Source: Nitrosopumilus sp. (GTDB lineage: Archaea; Thermoproteota; Nitrososphaeria; Nitrososphaerales; Nitrosopumilaceae). From it: a stretch of DNA of 64,000 nucleotides. The notes below the pieces were generated by a model. It was not told the origin of the DNA and did no database searches. It saw only the letters and a list, made by a program, of their open reading frames with translations. The position numbers were made by a program, and so were the translations under genes. Location: positions 32,001 through 96,000 of the forward strand of contig OZ241857.1 in assembly GCA_965203315.1 (NCBI GenBank). Direction: 5' to 3'. Shown here in pieces: positions 1 to 9,525 of the stretch; the first letter of the stretch is position 1, and every line of letters begins with the position of its first letter.

Positions 1-411
1 CATTATGATGATACCAAGCTACTCAATTGGGAGATAAAGGGAGTGAGAGAACCAGAGAGTGCAGCCCAGTTTATTGGTATATTCTTGTATAGGAATGGGA
101 CGGCGTTCGACTACGAGTCAGTCAAAGGGGTATGTTATTATCATAACAATATAGATAGGAATGAACTGCCAAAGATCACTGACTTTTTGCAGAAGAGGTT
201 TAATGGCAAGTCTATGGAGAAGGGCGAACGTGTATTTCTAAAAGACTCTAAAGAGATCTATACTGGTAGTGAGATATGCAAACTTGCACAAGAGTTTGAG
301 ATCGAGTTTAACGTAAAGGCGATCATATCATTAGAGTTTGAAGGACTGACACAAGACGAACTAAAGTCGGCAGGTCTGCCTGAAGCAAAGCTGTTGCCAA
401 TTCCTACATGA
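1..411 (+). CDS. Hypothetical protein, 5'-truncated by window edge
   Basis: Frame is open from position 1 to TGA at 409-411; protein-like composition. Confidence 0.7.
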   Translation, partial: HYDDTKLLNWEIKGVREPESAAQFIGIFLYRNGTAFDYESVKGVCYYHNNIDRNELPKITDFLQKRFNGKSMEKGERVFLKDSKEIYTGSEICKLAQEFEIEFNVKAIISLEFEGLTQDELKSAGLPEAKLLPIPT

Positions 412-438
412 TTGATATACGACTAGAGACCATAATAT

Positions 439-1221
439 TTGATGTCAGAACTAGAAGCATTTAGTAAGCATCTCGAAGAGTTACGACGGAGACTATTGAG
501 AATAGTCTTAGCAGTTGGAATAATCACAGTAATACTATTGACATTTCATCTAGAGCCACTCTATCTGGACAGTATAACTCTATACTATATTGTCCCTGAA
601 CCACTAAACAACATTGCGGCCCAGATAACAAACTACATGAAGGCTGAACTAGTTCCAGACGGTGTCCAGCTGATTCAAACTGCGCCAGGCCAAGCATTCT
701 TTGCACAGATATACATTGCAGCTCTCGTCGGCATCTCGATCGGAATGCCAATAATTGTACGAGAGTTGGTTGGGTTTATCAAACCTGCCCTCAAGGATAC
801 GGAGATAAACATCAGCAGAAATATATCGATTCCATGTATTGGACTGTTTGCTACGGGTTGCATCTTTTCTTATGTGCTTGTGATTCCGTACATCTTGGAT
901 TTTCTGTACCAGTATGGTGAGTCATCTGGTCTTGTGACCTTTCTAAACGTGATAGATTTTGTAACCTTTGTACTACAGTTTCTGTTGGCGTTTGGCTTTG
1001 CGTTTCAGCTGCCTATGATCATGTATGCAATATCGATGTCAGGAATGGTTGGGAATAATTTTTGGAAGAATAATATGCGTTATGCGATCGTGGGCATTGT
1101 AATATTTGGTGCTATAATCACACCTGATGGTAGTGGCGTAACGATGTGGTTTATTGCGGGACCAATGATCGCACTATACTTTGCAGGCATGTTTGTACTC
1201 AAACACAAATTGAAGACTTAA
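439..1221 (+). CDS. tatC: Twin-arginine translocase subunit TatC
   Basis: HLEELRRRL N-terminal motif, multiple TM segments, FQLP and GAIITPDGS motifs. Confidence 0.95.
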   Translation: MMSELEAFSKHLEELRRRLLRIVLAVGIITVILLTFHLEPLYLDSITLYYIVPEPLNNIAAQITNYMKAELVPDGVQLIQTAPGQAFFAQIYIAALVGISIGMPIIVRELVGFIKPALKDTEINISRNISIPCIGLFATGCIFSYVLVIPYILDFLYQYGESSGLVTFLNVIDFVTFVLQFLLAFGFAFQLPMIMYAISMSGMVGNNFWKNNMRYAIVGIVIFGAIITPDGSGVTMWFIAGPMIALYFAGMFVLKHKLKT

Positions 1222-1244
1222 ATGTAATATGTGAGAATGATGTA

Positions 1245-1448
1245 ATGATGTTTGGTTTACTGTCTAACTTTATTGCTGGTCAAGAGTGGATTATCATTAT
1301 AGTAATAGCCGTGATACTGATATTTGGAGCAAAAAAGATTCCCGAGCTTGCAAAGACTTTTGGCAAGGCCAAGGGCGAGTTTGAGAAAGGCAAGATCGAA
1401 GGTGAGAAAGAGCTCAAAGATTTTAAGGATAAAGCAAAGACAGACTAG
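1245..1448 (+). CDS. tatA: Twin-arginine translocase subunit TatA
   Basis: TM helix followed by LIFGAKKIPELAKTFGKAKGEF; adjacent to tatC; start moved to ATG at 1245. Confidence 0.93.
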   Translation: MMFGLLSNFIAGQEWIIIIVIAVILIFGAKKIPELAKTFGKAKGEFEKGKIEGEKELKDFKDKAKTD

Positions 1449-1858
1449 ACTCTAAACATCTCGTCTAGTATTGCACTATACAGCACATCATATCTGTTGC
1501 GCATATGACGTATCTGTGATATGATGCCGAGTTTTAGTTCAAACCTGATTCTCACTTTGGTACCATGTTGTACCGGCATGAATTGAGCTCTAATCTGTGA
1601 GCCCTTGCAGTCTCCACCAACAAAAAAGATATTGTGCGAGTTGGGTCTGTCTGATACATGCTTTGCTGTATATGTCAACTCTTGTTTACCGAGTTTCATA
1701 TGTGTCTCGACGATAGCAACATCTCCTCGTCTAGATCGAGGCCGAATTGATGGAAAGTGGCGTGGCATGCGACTCTGATGTGTGGTATAATCAGCGAATG
1801 CTGTAAATACATCATCGAGATCTGCATGAACAGTTCTCTCGATCAATAGTTTGGGCAA
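1445..1858 (-). CDS. SRPBCC/START (polyketide cyclase-like) protein
   Basis: IERTVHADLDDVFTAFADY...MP and GTKVRIRFE pattern. Confidence 0.7.
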   Translation of the reverse strand: MPKLLIERTVHADLDDVFTAFADYTTHQSRMPRHFPSIRPRSRRGDVAIVETHMKLGKQELTYTAKHVSDRPNSHNIFFVGGDCKGSQIRAQFMPVQHGTKVRIRFELKLGIISQIRHMRNRYDVLYSAILDEMFRV

Positions 1859-1867
1859 CGAATGAGA

Positions 1868-2419
1868 CTACCTCCATCTGGGATATAATGTATGGTCGAT
1901 ATCAAACTGATCAAGACATTTACCGACACCGTGATCTATTATATCGTTTATTGTTTTGGGTTTTGTATAAAACTCTGTAACTGGTGGGAGTATCACCACT
2001 CCCAGTCTCGCCAACTTTAACATGTTCTCTAGATGGATAGATGATAACGGTGTCTCACGTACCATCAATACTAGTTTACGTGACTCTTTGATCGTTACAC
2101 CTGCTGCTCGTGCAACCAATGTATCGTCATATCCATTTGCAATAGCCGAGAGAGTCTTCATACTACACGGCGCGACGATCATTCCGTCTACGCGATGTGT
2201 GCCACTTGAGATACTTGCTGCCATGTTCTGTTCATCAGAGAATACGGTCGCGAGTCTCTGTATCTCATCGATGGTATAATCAGTCTCCATCTTGATGCAC
2301 TTTTGACCCCAAGATGATACTATTAGATGAGTCTCTACTCCTACATCTCTGAGAACTTGGATCAGTCTAACTCCATAGATGACTCCTGTACTGCCTGTGA
2401 TCCCGACTATTAGCTTCAA
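1868..2419 (-). CDS. ubiX: Flavin prenyltransferase UbiX
   Basis: VGITGSTGVIYG, APCSMKTLSAIANG, RETPL motifs. Confidence 0.95.
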   Translation of the reverse strand: MKLIVGITGSTGVIYGVRLIQVLRDVGVETHLIVSSWGQKCIKMETDYTIDEIQRLATVFSDEQNMAASISSGTHRVDGMIVAPCSMKTLSAIANGYDDTLVARAAGVTIKESRKLVLMVRETPLSSIHLENMLKLARLGVVILPPVTEFYTKPKTINDIIDHGVGKCLDQFDIDHTLYPRWR

Positions 2420-2474
2420 TGATCTATATTCATATCTCTCTGTATTTTATGTATTAGATTTGTTATTCAATACT

Positions 2475-2615
2475 AGACTGTATGCGTATTTCTTGTATCT
2501 TATGCACATTTTAACGTACAATAAAACACAGGCATGATTTCTAGAGGCAAATCGATTCATTGTTGTCATGTTTGATGATTGGACATGTGCACTCTTAATA
2601 ACACGCATACAGTCT
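2475..2615 (+). mobile_element. MITE family A copy 1 (141 bp)
   Basis: TIR AGACTGTATGCGT...ACGCATACAGTCT, 3-bp target duplication ACT, four copies in window. Confidence 0.88.
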
Positions 2616-3014
2616 ACTGTTTATTATGTTGGAAAAAACATAGGCTGAATACATTACCATGTACACCTGACTAGGATCGTACTATACTCAAAACAAAATT
2701 TGATAAAGAGATATCTAGGACACGGATGAAGATTATTCCACAAGGAGGCTAGTGAAATACCATATGGCCATCTCTGTGTGTCTAAATTGTACGCACAATT
2801 TAGTCACTTGCTCATATTTTGTTAGTGTGTTATATTCATCAACTTTGAGATGAATCTTTGAGTGGCTATGTTTCACGAATTAGTGCAAAACTACATTTAG
2901 TAACTTGTCATAATATTCTTACACAAATCATAAACTAATCAACATACCAAAATATCCGTCAAATAGATCCTTGAGTTTTCAAAGCTTTATAAGAACTTGG
3001 GCGAGGGTGTGAGT

Positions 3015-3476
3015 ATGAGCACGCCTACATCTAGTCACGCCTATGGGATTGGGGCGATCGCGTTGATTGTTGGATTGTCAGTTACGGTTGTATACTATAC
3101 ATCATTTTATCTTCCAGAATCACTAGCAAAACCGAGTGTTGATCCACACATACTCGAACCAGAGAAAGTGTTTACCATAAGCATTCCTATAGATGCATCG
3201 ATAGAAGGAAATGAGCCTTACTCGCCAGATGATGCCACTGTATTGTTGAGCATAGACAACAAAGTCATCTGGGTAAACGACGACGGTACAGGTCATACGG
3301 TTACTCCTGATCATCGACATGCTGACAGTTATAGTGGCGACTTTGGTTCAGAAGGCGTTTTACAGCCTGGTGATACATACGAGTTTATCTTTACCGAACC
3401 TCAAGTTATCACATATCATTGTACGCCTCATCCGTGGATGAAAGGTACCATAACTGTAGAAAAGAGCAGATTCTGA
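3015..3476 (+). CDS. Membrane-anchored plastocyanin-like blue copper protein
   Basis: N-terminal TM; WVNDDGTGHTVT and YHCTPHPWMKG type-1 Cu ligands (His, Cys, His, Met). Confidence 0.92.
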   Translation: MSTPTSSHAYGIGAIALIVGLSVTVVYYTSFYLPESLAKPSVDPHILEPEKVFTISIPIDASIEGNEPYSPDDATVLLSIDNKVIWVNDDGTGHTVTPDHRHADSYSGDFGSEGVLQPGDTYEFIFTEPQVITYHCTPHPWMKGTITVEKSRF

Positions 3477-3707
3477 CCTCCAGACGAGATCTGAGATTGA
3501 ATTGCATTCAAAACATGTTATTCTGATTCAGATATGGGCAACAAACGACATATCTGTATCATTTAATATGAGATGCAGTCTAGATCGTTATCTCGAGACC
3601 GATTAAATTTTTGTTGCTAAAGTGATCCTTGATTGTGGATGATCTGTTGTGTACTCACACTAGATTAATTTACATATACGATCTGTCGTTTGAATTAGAG
3701 AATCATC

Positions 3708-4055
3708 TTACAAATATTTCGCAAAGATGATCTGGCTCTCGATCTCTTTATGTTGTTCTATGATCGATGCTCTAAATTTTATCTCATGTTGCTTAGATGT
3801 CTCAAAGTTGATCACAGCTGTGAATACAGCCTGATTCTCAGGCATGGATTCTCTGCTTATGAATAATCTAGATACATTTTGAGATATCTCTTTACCGTTA
3901 TAAGATTTGTAGATGATATGTTGGTTTGAGTCTAAAATCTGCGTGTTTACTACTATTCCGTCATATCTGCCGGGATAGTTCACAGATATACTACCTTTTA
4001 TCTCTGTATCTCGATGAATCTCGATTGGTTGTATTACAAACACAATATCTTTCAT
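3708..4055 (-). CDS. Hypothetical protein
   Basis: Open frame with beta-rich protein-like sequence; start uncertain (4055 or 4076). Confidence 0.65.
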   Translation of the reverse strand: MKDIVFVIQPIEIHRDTEIKGSISVNYPGRYDGIVVNTQILDSNQHIIYKSYNGKEISQNVSRLFISRESMPENQAVFTAVINFETSKQHEIKFRASIIEQHKEIESQIIFAKYL

Positions 4056-4098
4056 ACCTGCGTCAAAACCTTGCAAGATAAATAATTTTATTTTTGAG

Positions 4099-4173
4099 CG
4101 GACCCAAAGGGCTTCGATCCCTTGACCATTGGATTAGAAGTCCAACACTCTATCCATGCTGAGCTATGGGTCC
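4099..4173 (-). tRNA. tRNA-Arg(TCT), intronless, no encoded CCA
   Basis: GGACCCA/TGGGTCC acceptor stem, D arm GCTC/GAGT, anticodon arm TTGGA-CTTCTAA-TCCAA, T arm AAGGG/CCCTT. Confidence 0.95.
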
Positions 4174-4445
4174 AATGATCCAAAAGATTATGATCATTTT
4201 AAGGGTTACATTTTTGATTTATGTGATCTGTACATGCAGAGTTAATTCTTAATTAGATGTGCGTATTATGATAATCATAAAGAATCAAAGCAAAATAACA
4301 TTTGTCTATCATTACCTGACTCTGATAACTGTACGCCCTTGAATTATAAAGTTGGGTTATATGTTTGAGTTGGCGGTCTATGTAGATTACACACGTGCGC
4401 TTTTTAGTTATGAATCTAAATGTGAAAGATCTTTTGGTTTTAGAA

Positions 4446-5411
4446 CTATCTTTTTCGTGCGAGAATTGCTATCTGGAGTGCGACTATAATGCCAATTGAT
4501 GCAATTATTGGAAATAGCAATGAGTTTAGTTGCGATGATGCTTCACTGATAAACTGTACAGATTTAGTTATGGTGTTGGTACTTTGATCGATCTTACTGC
4601 TTGCTGTACCTAATGTATCTCCGAAACCCTTTATCTCGGATTTTAGAGTATCTAGTTCTTTAGATGTTACATCTAGTATGGTGTTTAATCTCAATATCTC
4701 ATCAGAGATTCCACCCAAGTCTTGACTCAATACATTGGTGGCAGCAGAAGCATGTGAAGTAGTGCCTTGACTAAATGCCACTACGTGAAATACATACGTT
4801 CCTTCTTCGATTGGTGTATAATCTACATAGTATAGCCCTTGATGGAGCGATTTGAATTCGTCTGTTAGGGGGACCGTTTGGCCTGATGGTAGGTGTACAT
4901 GTGTAGTAGATAACAACTGTGTTGGATCACTCCCTATTAAGAGACCATCACTAGTGGTTTGAACAAAGACACGTATGGGTTGTTCTACTGCAGCAGTCTC
5001 TGGCGCAAATACTAGTATGCTTACTTGTCGTTGTACAGGTACATTTGTGAGGTCGGTAGTAGTAGCGAACGAGACGTCGGTGCTCTGTGATGTGCCTCTT
5101 TGGGTAGTGCTAATTATCTCCACCGTGTATGTGCCTAAAGGAAAGTTTGTAGAAGGTTCGGGCCATGTTAATGGCGAATAGTTGAATGTTCCATCTGCTT
5201 CGGTCTTTATCTGATCAAACTTTATGATCGACTGATCTGGAGCATATATTCGAATGATCAGATCTTCATTGGGTAGTCCAACCCCGTATATCTGAAGATT
5301 GTGATCTGGCGCATAGACTTTGCTGTTTGTCAATAGTTCAAGCTCTGCATATGCTGGTAGCACAGATACGTACATTGTTATAGCTACTAGTAGCAACACC
5401 GCTAGTCTCAT
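4446..5411 (-). CDS. Secreted/surface protein with C-terminal coiled coil and TM anchor
   Basis: Signal peptide ending PAYA, two beta-rich regions, heptad region, C-terminal TM + RKR. Confidence 0.8.
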   Translation of the reverse strand: MRLAVLLLVAITMYVSVLPAYAELELLTNSKVYAPDHNLQIYGVGLPNEDLIIRIYAPDQSIIKFDQIKTEADGTFNYSPLTWPEPSTNFPLGTYTVEIISTTQRGTSQSTDVSFATTTDLTNVPVQRQVSILVFAPETAAVEQPIRVFVQTTSDGLLIGSDPTQLLSTTHVHLPSGQTVPLTDEFKSLHQGLYYVDYTPIEEGTYVFHVVAFSQGTTSHASAATNVLSQDLGGISDEILRLNTILDVTSKELDTLKSEIKGFGDTLGTASSKIDQSTNTITKSVQFISEASSQLNSLLFPIIASIGIIVALQIAILARKR

Positions 5412-5530
5412 TTTCAATGGTTGTATGCATGCTCTAATAGATATTGCTTCTGTACGTTCTGACATGTTTCGAATCAAGATATCTGATATAGTACAGGAAT
5501 ATGTTTGATGCTAGTTTCACCATGTATATT

Positions 5531-5544
5531 GGGGGGGGGGGGGG
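5531..5544. repeat. G14 homopolymer
   Basis: 14 consecutive G in an AT-rich intergenic region. Confidence 0.9.
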
Positions 5545-5611
5545 ATCAAACTAGTAGATTATCTCTAAAGCAAATGTCACAGTAACACAAGATCGAGTTA
5601 AATCTAACCTC

Positions 5612-5764
5612 ATGTCACGACATACTATGCTGTATCACTTTGAACTACAGATGGCAGGAATAATATTGCTGGGCGCCATGATCGCAGGCGCTATATCACT
5701 ATGGCTGAAGCGTAGGAAGAACAAGATTGAAGAGATGAGTTCGAGTGACGGGTCTGACTTGTAG
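5612..5764 (+). CDS. Small single-pass membrane protein (~50 aa; not in ORF track)
   Basis: ...MAGIILLGAMIAGAISLWLKRRKNKIEEM..., a hydrophobic helix with basic stop-transfer; start could be 5612, 5627 or 5651. Confidence 0.55.
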   Translation: MSRHTMLYHFELQMAGIILLGAMIAGAISLWLKRRKNKIEEMSSSDGSDL

Positions 5765-6350
5765 CTCTTTGATTCCTGCCATGTCAACATCAAGAGTTAG
5801 CGAAACAGAATGTTGACTGGTTCATGAGCATGTGTGCCAATTTATCCTTCAACTAACTAGTGATAATGGCTTGAATCTAACAGATCGATTTTTGAAGTGT
5901 CTAAAACATTTTAATAGGATCTTTTGAATTACATGAGATAGCACTCCTAGAAAAAATACTAGTGAACTTTATGGATTTTAGAGCAGTCTTCCAAAGTTTT
6001 ATCTAACGTAAATCAACAAGCTCGTCTTTTTTGTTATGTTTTAATCATGTGTGTCGCATGTATTGTTAGTATGCTTGTCAAATAGATTCCATCAAATGAT
6101 TATTTTGAGATATTACTCTGTTTGGGTTTGCGATATTTGGTCATCTATATAATTTAATAATTTTATGTTTATGGTCATGTGCAGAAATAACTTTACAGTA
6201 TTTCACAATTTCTTGATGTCGAATATTTTTTACTACTCTAATCTAGTAAAGAGTTTGTGAACTGTTAATCGAGAGCAGTCTTGATCTATAAATACAAACG
6301 TAACTTGTTTTTGTACGTGACTATAATCATAGTGTAAAGTTTATTGAATG

Positions 6351-6466
6351 GGGTCTTTTCGGTTTACATGTGATGCCATTTAGCACGCGTTTTCCATAAT
6401 TTTCACTTATGACATCTAGTGGTGCTTTTTCTGCAACAATTCATTTTACGTAAACCTAAAAGATCT
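6351..6466 (-). mobile_element. MITE family B copy 1 (~115 bp)
   Basis: Imperfect TIR GGGTCTTTTCGGTTTACATG / ACGTAAACCTAAAAGATCT; similar to 17336-17450 and 58227-58343. Confidence 0.65.
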
Positions 6467-6474
6467 ACTTGAAT

Positions 6475-6615
6475 AGACTGTATGCGTATTTTTTACATCA
6501 TACGCACATTTTAAGGTACAATAAAACGCAGATGTAATTTCTAGAGGCAAATTGATTCATTCTTATCGTGTTTGATGATTGGGCATGGGCACTCTCAATA
6601 ATACGCATACAGTCT
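6475..6615 (+). mobile_element. MITE family A copy 2
   Basis: Same TIRs as copy 1, target duplication AAT. Confidence 0.88.
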
Positions 6616-6616
6616 A

Positions 6617-6865
6617 ATGCTAGATCGAGCGCCTTGTCATACATTGCCAGAAATTATAACACACACTAAAAACTAGATATCAAGTTTCTGCTTCTACCAA
6701 CAACAGTACCATAACTTAATGCAATCGAAGAGTATTGACAACAACTAGAAAGAAAGTTGACACATATTATGAGAAATTTGAATATATGAAAGACACTGCC
6801 TCGGATTATATAAAAATACACAACACCGTCTAGACATTTTAAAGTATTTCCAGAGCGATAATAGA
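6617..6865 (+). pseudogene. Decayed IS630-family transposase C-terminal fragment
   Basis: MLDRAPCH...IKFLLLPTTVP*LNAIEEY*QQLERK...RLDILKYF parallels MDNASYH...YLPTSVPELNAIEELW...KLDVLKFL of the intact IS630 at 55320. Confidence 0.7.
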
Positions 6866-6943
6866 TTAAAGTTATTTATTCAGAGCATTATGAGTCTAGC
6901 TTTAAACTCAAGACTTTTAATCTACAGTTGTCAACAACCAATA

Positions 6944-7345
6944 ATGTTTCAGTTTTTTACCATTAGTGAAGCAAATGATCTCTTGCCAGACATTATAAAA
7001 AAGTATGAATATGTGATGGCAAAACGTGACGATGTACAAAAGATTGAACATAGTATACAGACTAGTATGATCGCCGACAAGTCGCTTCAAGGATATGTTG
7101 AGATGAAGCAACAACTCAATACAGCTATAACAAAACTGTATGAATCAATCGAGATCTTGGAGGACACTGGTATTGTCATAAAGAGTCTTGAACAAGGGTT
7201 ACTCGACTTTCCATCCAAGAGATTTAACGATGAGATATGGCTATGTTGGAAGTATGGTGAGACTGAAGTAAAGTTTTGGCACGAACTCGACTCTGGATTC
7301 ATGGGCCGTAAGCCAATCTCTGTAAGTGACGAATCTCTAGTATGA
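6944..7345 (+). CDS. DUF2203 family protein
   Basis: FTISEAN..LP and GLLDFPS...IWLCWKYGE...FWH...GFMGRKPI signature. Confidence 0.88.
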   Translation: MFQFFTISEANDLLPDIIKKYEYVMAKRDDVQKIEHSIQTSMIADKSLQGYVEMKQQLNTAITKLYESIEILEDTGIVIKSLEQGLLDFPSKRFNDEIWLCWKYGETEVKFWHELDSGFMGRKPISVSDESLV

Positions 7346-7530
7346 TTCAAACTATATCTTACTAGTACTCTTAATTCATCTTTAGAGATCGCCTCTTTCA
7401 GATATGCTCATGATGCATTTTTTGATACCTGTGTGATTTGATAATCTCGTGACTATGTCGATCTATAGTAAACTGTGTAATAGATCGCTTATGTGGAAGA
7501 TTAATTTAGGCTTTGATGTTTTGTGATGTG

Positions 7531-8097
7531 ATGTCATACACTAAAGACACACACGTTGGTATAATAATGGGATCGAGATCTGATTCTCGAGTTATGCAAG
7601 GTGCTGCAGAAATGTTGGACAAGTTTGGTATAAAACACGAAGATCAAATTATATCGGCACACAGAACACCGTCTCGTCTAGTCGAGTACACAAAACATGC
7701 TGAAGAGTCTAAACTTAATGTGATTATAGCGGGGGCAGGAGGTGCCGCTCATCTGCCAGGAATGATTGCGTCATTTACCACCATTCCGGTGATCGGAGTA
7801 CCAATTCTAGTATACAATGACAAACACTCACAAGATTCCAAGTTGAGATCATCTGCGTTTGGTGGTTTGGATTCACTCTTGTCGATAACAGAGATGCCAT
7901 CAGGTTCTCCTGTAGTTGCAGTTGGAGTAAACAAAGCTACAAACGCAGGTATCTATGCGGTAAAGATACTTGCAAACAGATACCCAGAACTTGTAGACGT
8001 GTTAAAGAGATACAAAAATGAACAATACCATTCTGTCTTGGAAGAGTCTGCAAAGATGAAAGAGCAAGGATTGGTAGATTTTGCTAAACACCTCTGA
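7531..8097 (+). CDS. purE: N5-CAIR mutase PurE
   Basis: IIMGSRSD, SAHRTP, AGAGGAAHLPGM, PVIGVP motifs. Confidence 0.96.
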   Translation: MSYTKDTHVGIIMGSRSDSRVMQGAAEMLDKFGIKHEDQIISAHRTPSRLVEYTKHAEESKLNVIIAGAGGAAHLPGMIASFTTIPVIGVPILVYNDKHSQDSKLRSSAFGGLDSLLSITEMPSGSPVVAVGVNKATNAGIYAVKILANRYPELVDVLKRYKNEQYHSVLEESAKMKEQGLVDFAKHL

Positions 8098-9327
8098 TTA
8101 TGTCATCAACTTGAATTGAATCTTGTTGCGAGTAAATGATTCGATTATCTGTTCTGCTTGTTCTTTGCCTTGTGTCTCGAGACTGAGAATTACTCTAGCA
8201 GATCCTGCCGCAACATCTGAACTTAATCTATCATGAACCACTTCGACGATATTGGCATTAGCTCGTGAGACTTCGTCTACTATATCTTTGAATGCACCAG
8301 GTCTATCTGGGAGCAAGATCGATAGTTTCAGTAAACGTCCCATAGCTGCTAGACCTTTGTCTACTATCTGACCCAGTAGATACATGTCGACATTTCCTCC
8401 TGCGAGCACTACAGCAACACGTTTACCTGGAGCGGGTCTCTTTGATATTAGGTATGCTAGACTTGCTGCACCTGCTGGTTCCACCACAAACTTCATTCGT
8501 TCCATGAGTAAGAACATCGCGTTTATGATCTCCGTATCATCCACCAGTACAATATCGTCTATCAGTCTGTTGATTATTGAATACGTTATTTTTCCTGGGT
8601 TTTTAACAGATATGCCATCAGCTATGGTTCTGCTACCTCCAGATGATTGAATCTTGCCTTCTTTGAACGATTTGTACAATGCAGGAAATGAACTCGACTG
8701 AACGCCGATCACTCTGACGTTGGGATTGTTATGTTTTACAGCAATGAGTATCCCAGCTGCTAGGCCACCACCTCCTATAGGCAGATATATCTCGTCGATA
8801 TTGGGCATCTCGTCTAGGATCTCAAGACCTATCACGCCTTGAGCTGCAATGATCTGTGGATCGTCAAACGCATGAATCATAGTGGCGCCTGTATCTCGAG
8901 CAATCTCTTTTGCTTTTGTCGATGATTGATCATAGTTTATTCCTTCCAATATTACGTTGGCTCCGTATCCTCTCGTTGCAGCTACTTTGGCAGGAGATGC
9001 GTTCTTTGGCATCACGATGGTACATGGTATGGACTCTAGAGATGAGGCTAACGCAACACCTTGGGCATGATTTCCAGCTGATGCTGCAACAACTCCATTA
9101 CGTTTCTCTGTGGCAGATAACGAACGTATCTTATAATACGCTCCACGTATCTTGAATGAGCCAGTCTTTTGTCGAAACTCTGCCTTTAGGAATATCTCTG
9201 AACCTGTAATCCTACTAAACGTCGGTGAATGTATCAGCGGTGTGCGTTTTATCTGATCGCCGCGCTTTACGTTGGCATCTTTGATGTCCTCATACTTTGG
9301 CTCTGATACTCTATTGTTCTGTTCCAT
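8098..9327 (-). CDS. ilvA: Threonine ammonia-lyase with C-terminal ACT domain
   Basis: KTGSFKIRGA PLP lysine, SAGNHAQG, GGGGL, ACT domain LPDRPG; start uncertain. Confidence 0.92.
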   Translation of the reverse strand: MEQNNRVSEPKYEDIKDANVKRGDQIKRTPLIHSPTFSRITGSEIFLKAEFRQKTGSFKIRGAYYKIRSLSATEKRNGVVAASAGNHAQGVALASSLESIPCTIVMPKNASPAKVAATRGYGANVILEGINYDQSSTKAKEIARDTGATMIHAFDDPQIIAAQGVIGLEILDEMPNIDEIYLPIGGGGLAAGILIAVKHNNPNVRVIGVQSSSFPALYKSFKEGKIQSSGGSRTIADGISVKNPGKITYSIINRLIDDIVLVDDTEIINAMFLLMERMKFVVEPAGAASLAYLISKRPAPGKRVAVVLAGGNVDMYLLGQIVDKGLAAMGRLLKLSILLPDRPGAFKDIVDEVSRANANIVEVVHDRLSSDVAAGSARVILSLETQGKEQAEQIIESFTRNKIQFKLMT

Positions 9328-9525
9328 GTCTATGCTCTTGTCACCTCTTGATTCCATTGGAGTTGTTGGTAAAGTTGGTTATTAAGTGCTATTCTAAAAC
9401 TGTTGTGGGATATCTAGCCAACATATTGCTCACATCTCAGATATGTGTTCAAACACGAGGATGTTGTTTCAGTCTTACGATCAATCATCATTAGATATTT
9501 TTAATCCATGATTAAGCTACAAGTG

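Noticed and set aside
2474-2616. MITE A as an IS630/TA-targeting element
   Set aside because: Copy 3 lacks a terminal TA and all four copies fit 3-bp duplications; the TIR does not match the IS630 TIR
2475-6615. Exact 4000-bp spacing of MITE A copies 1 and 2
   Set aside because: Flanks and target duplications differ and the copies are diverged; treated as coincidence
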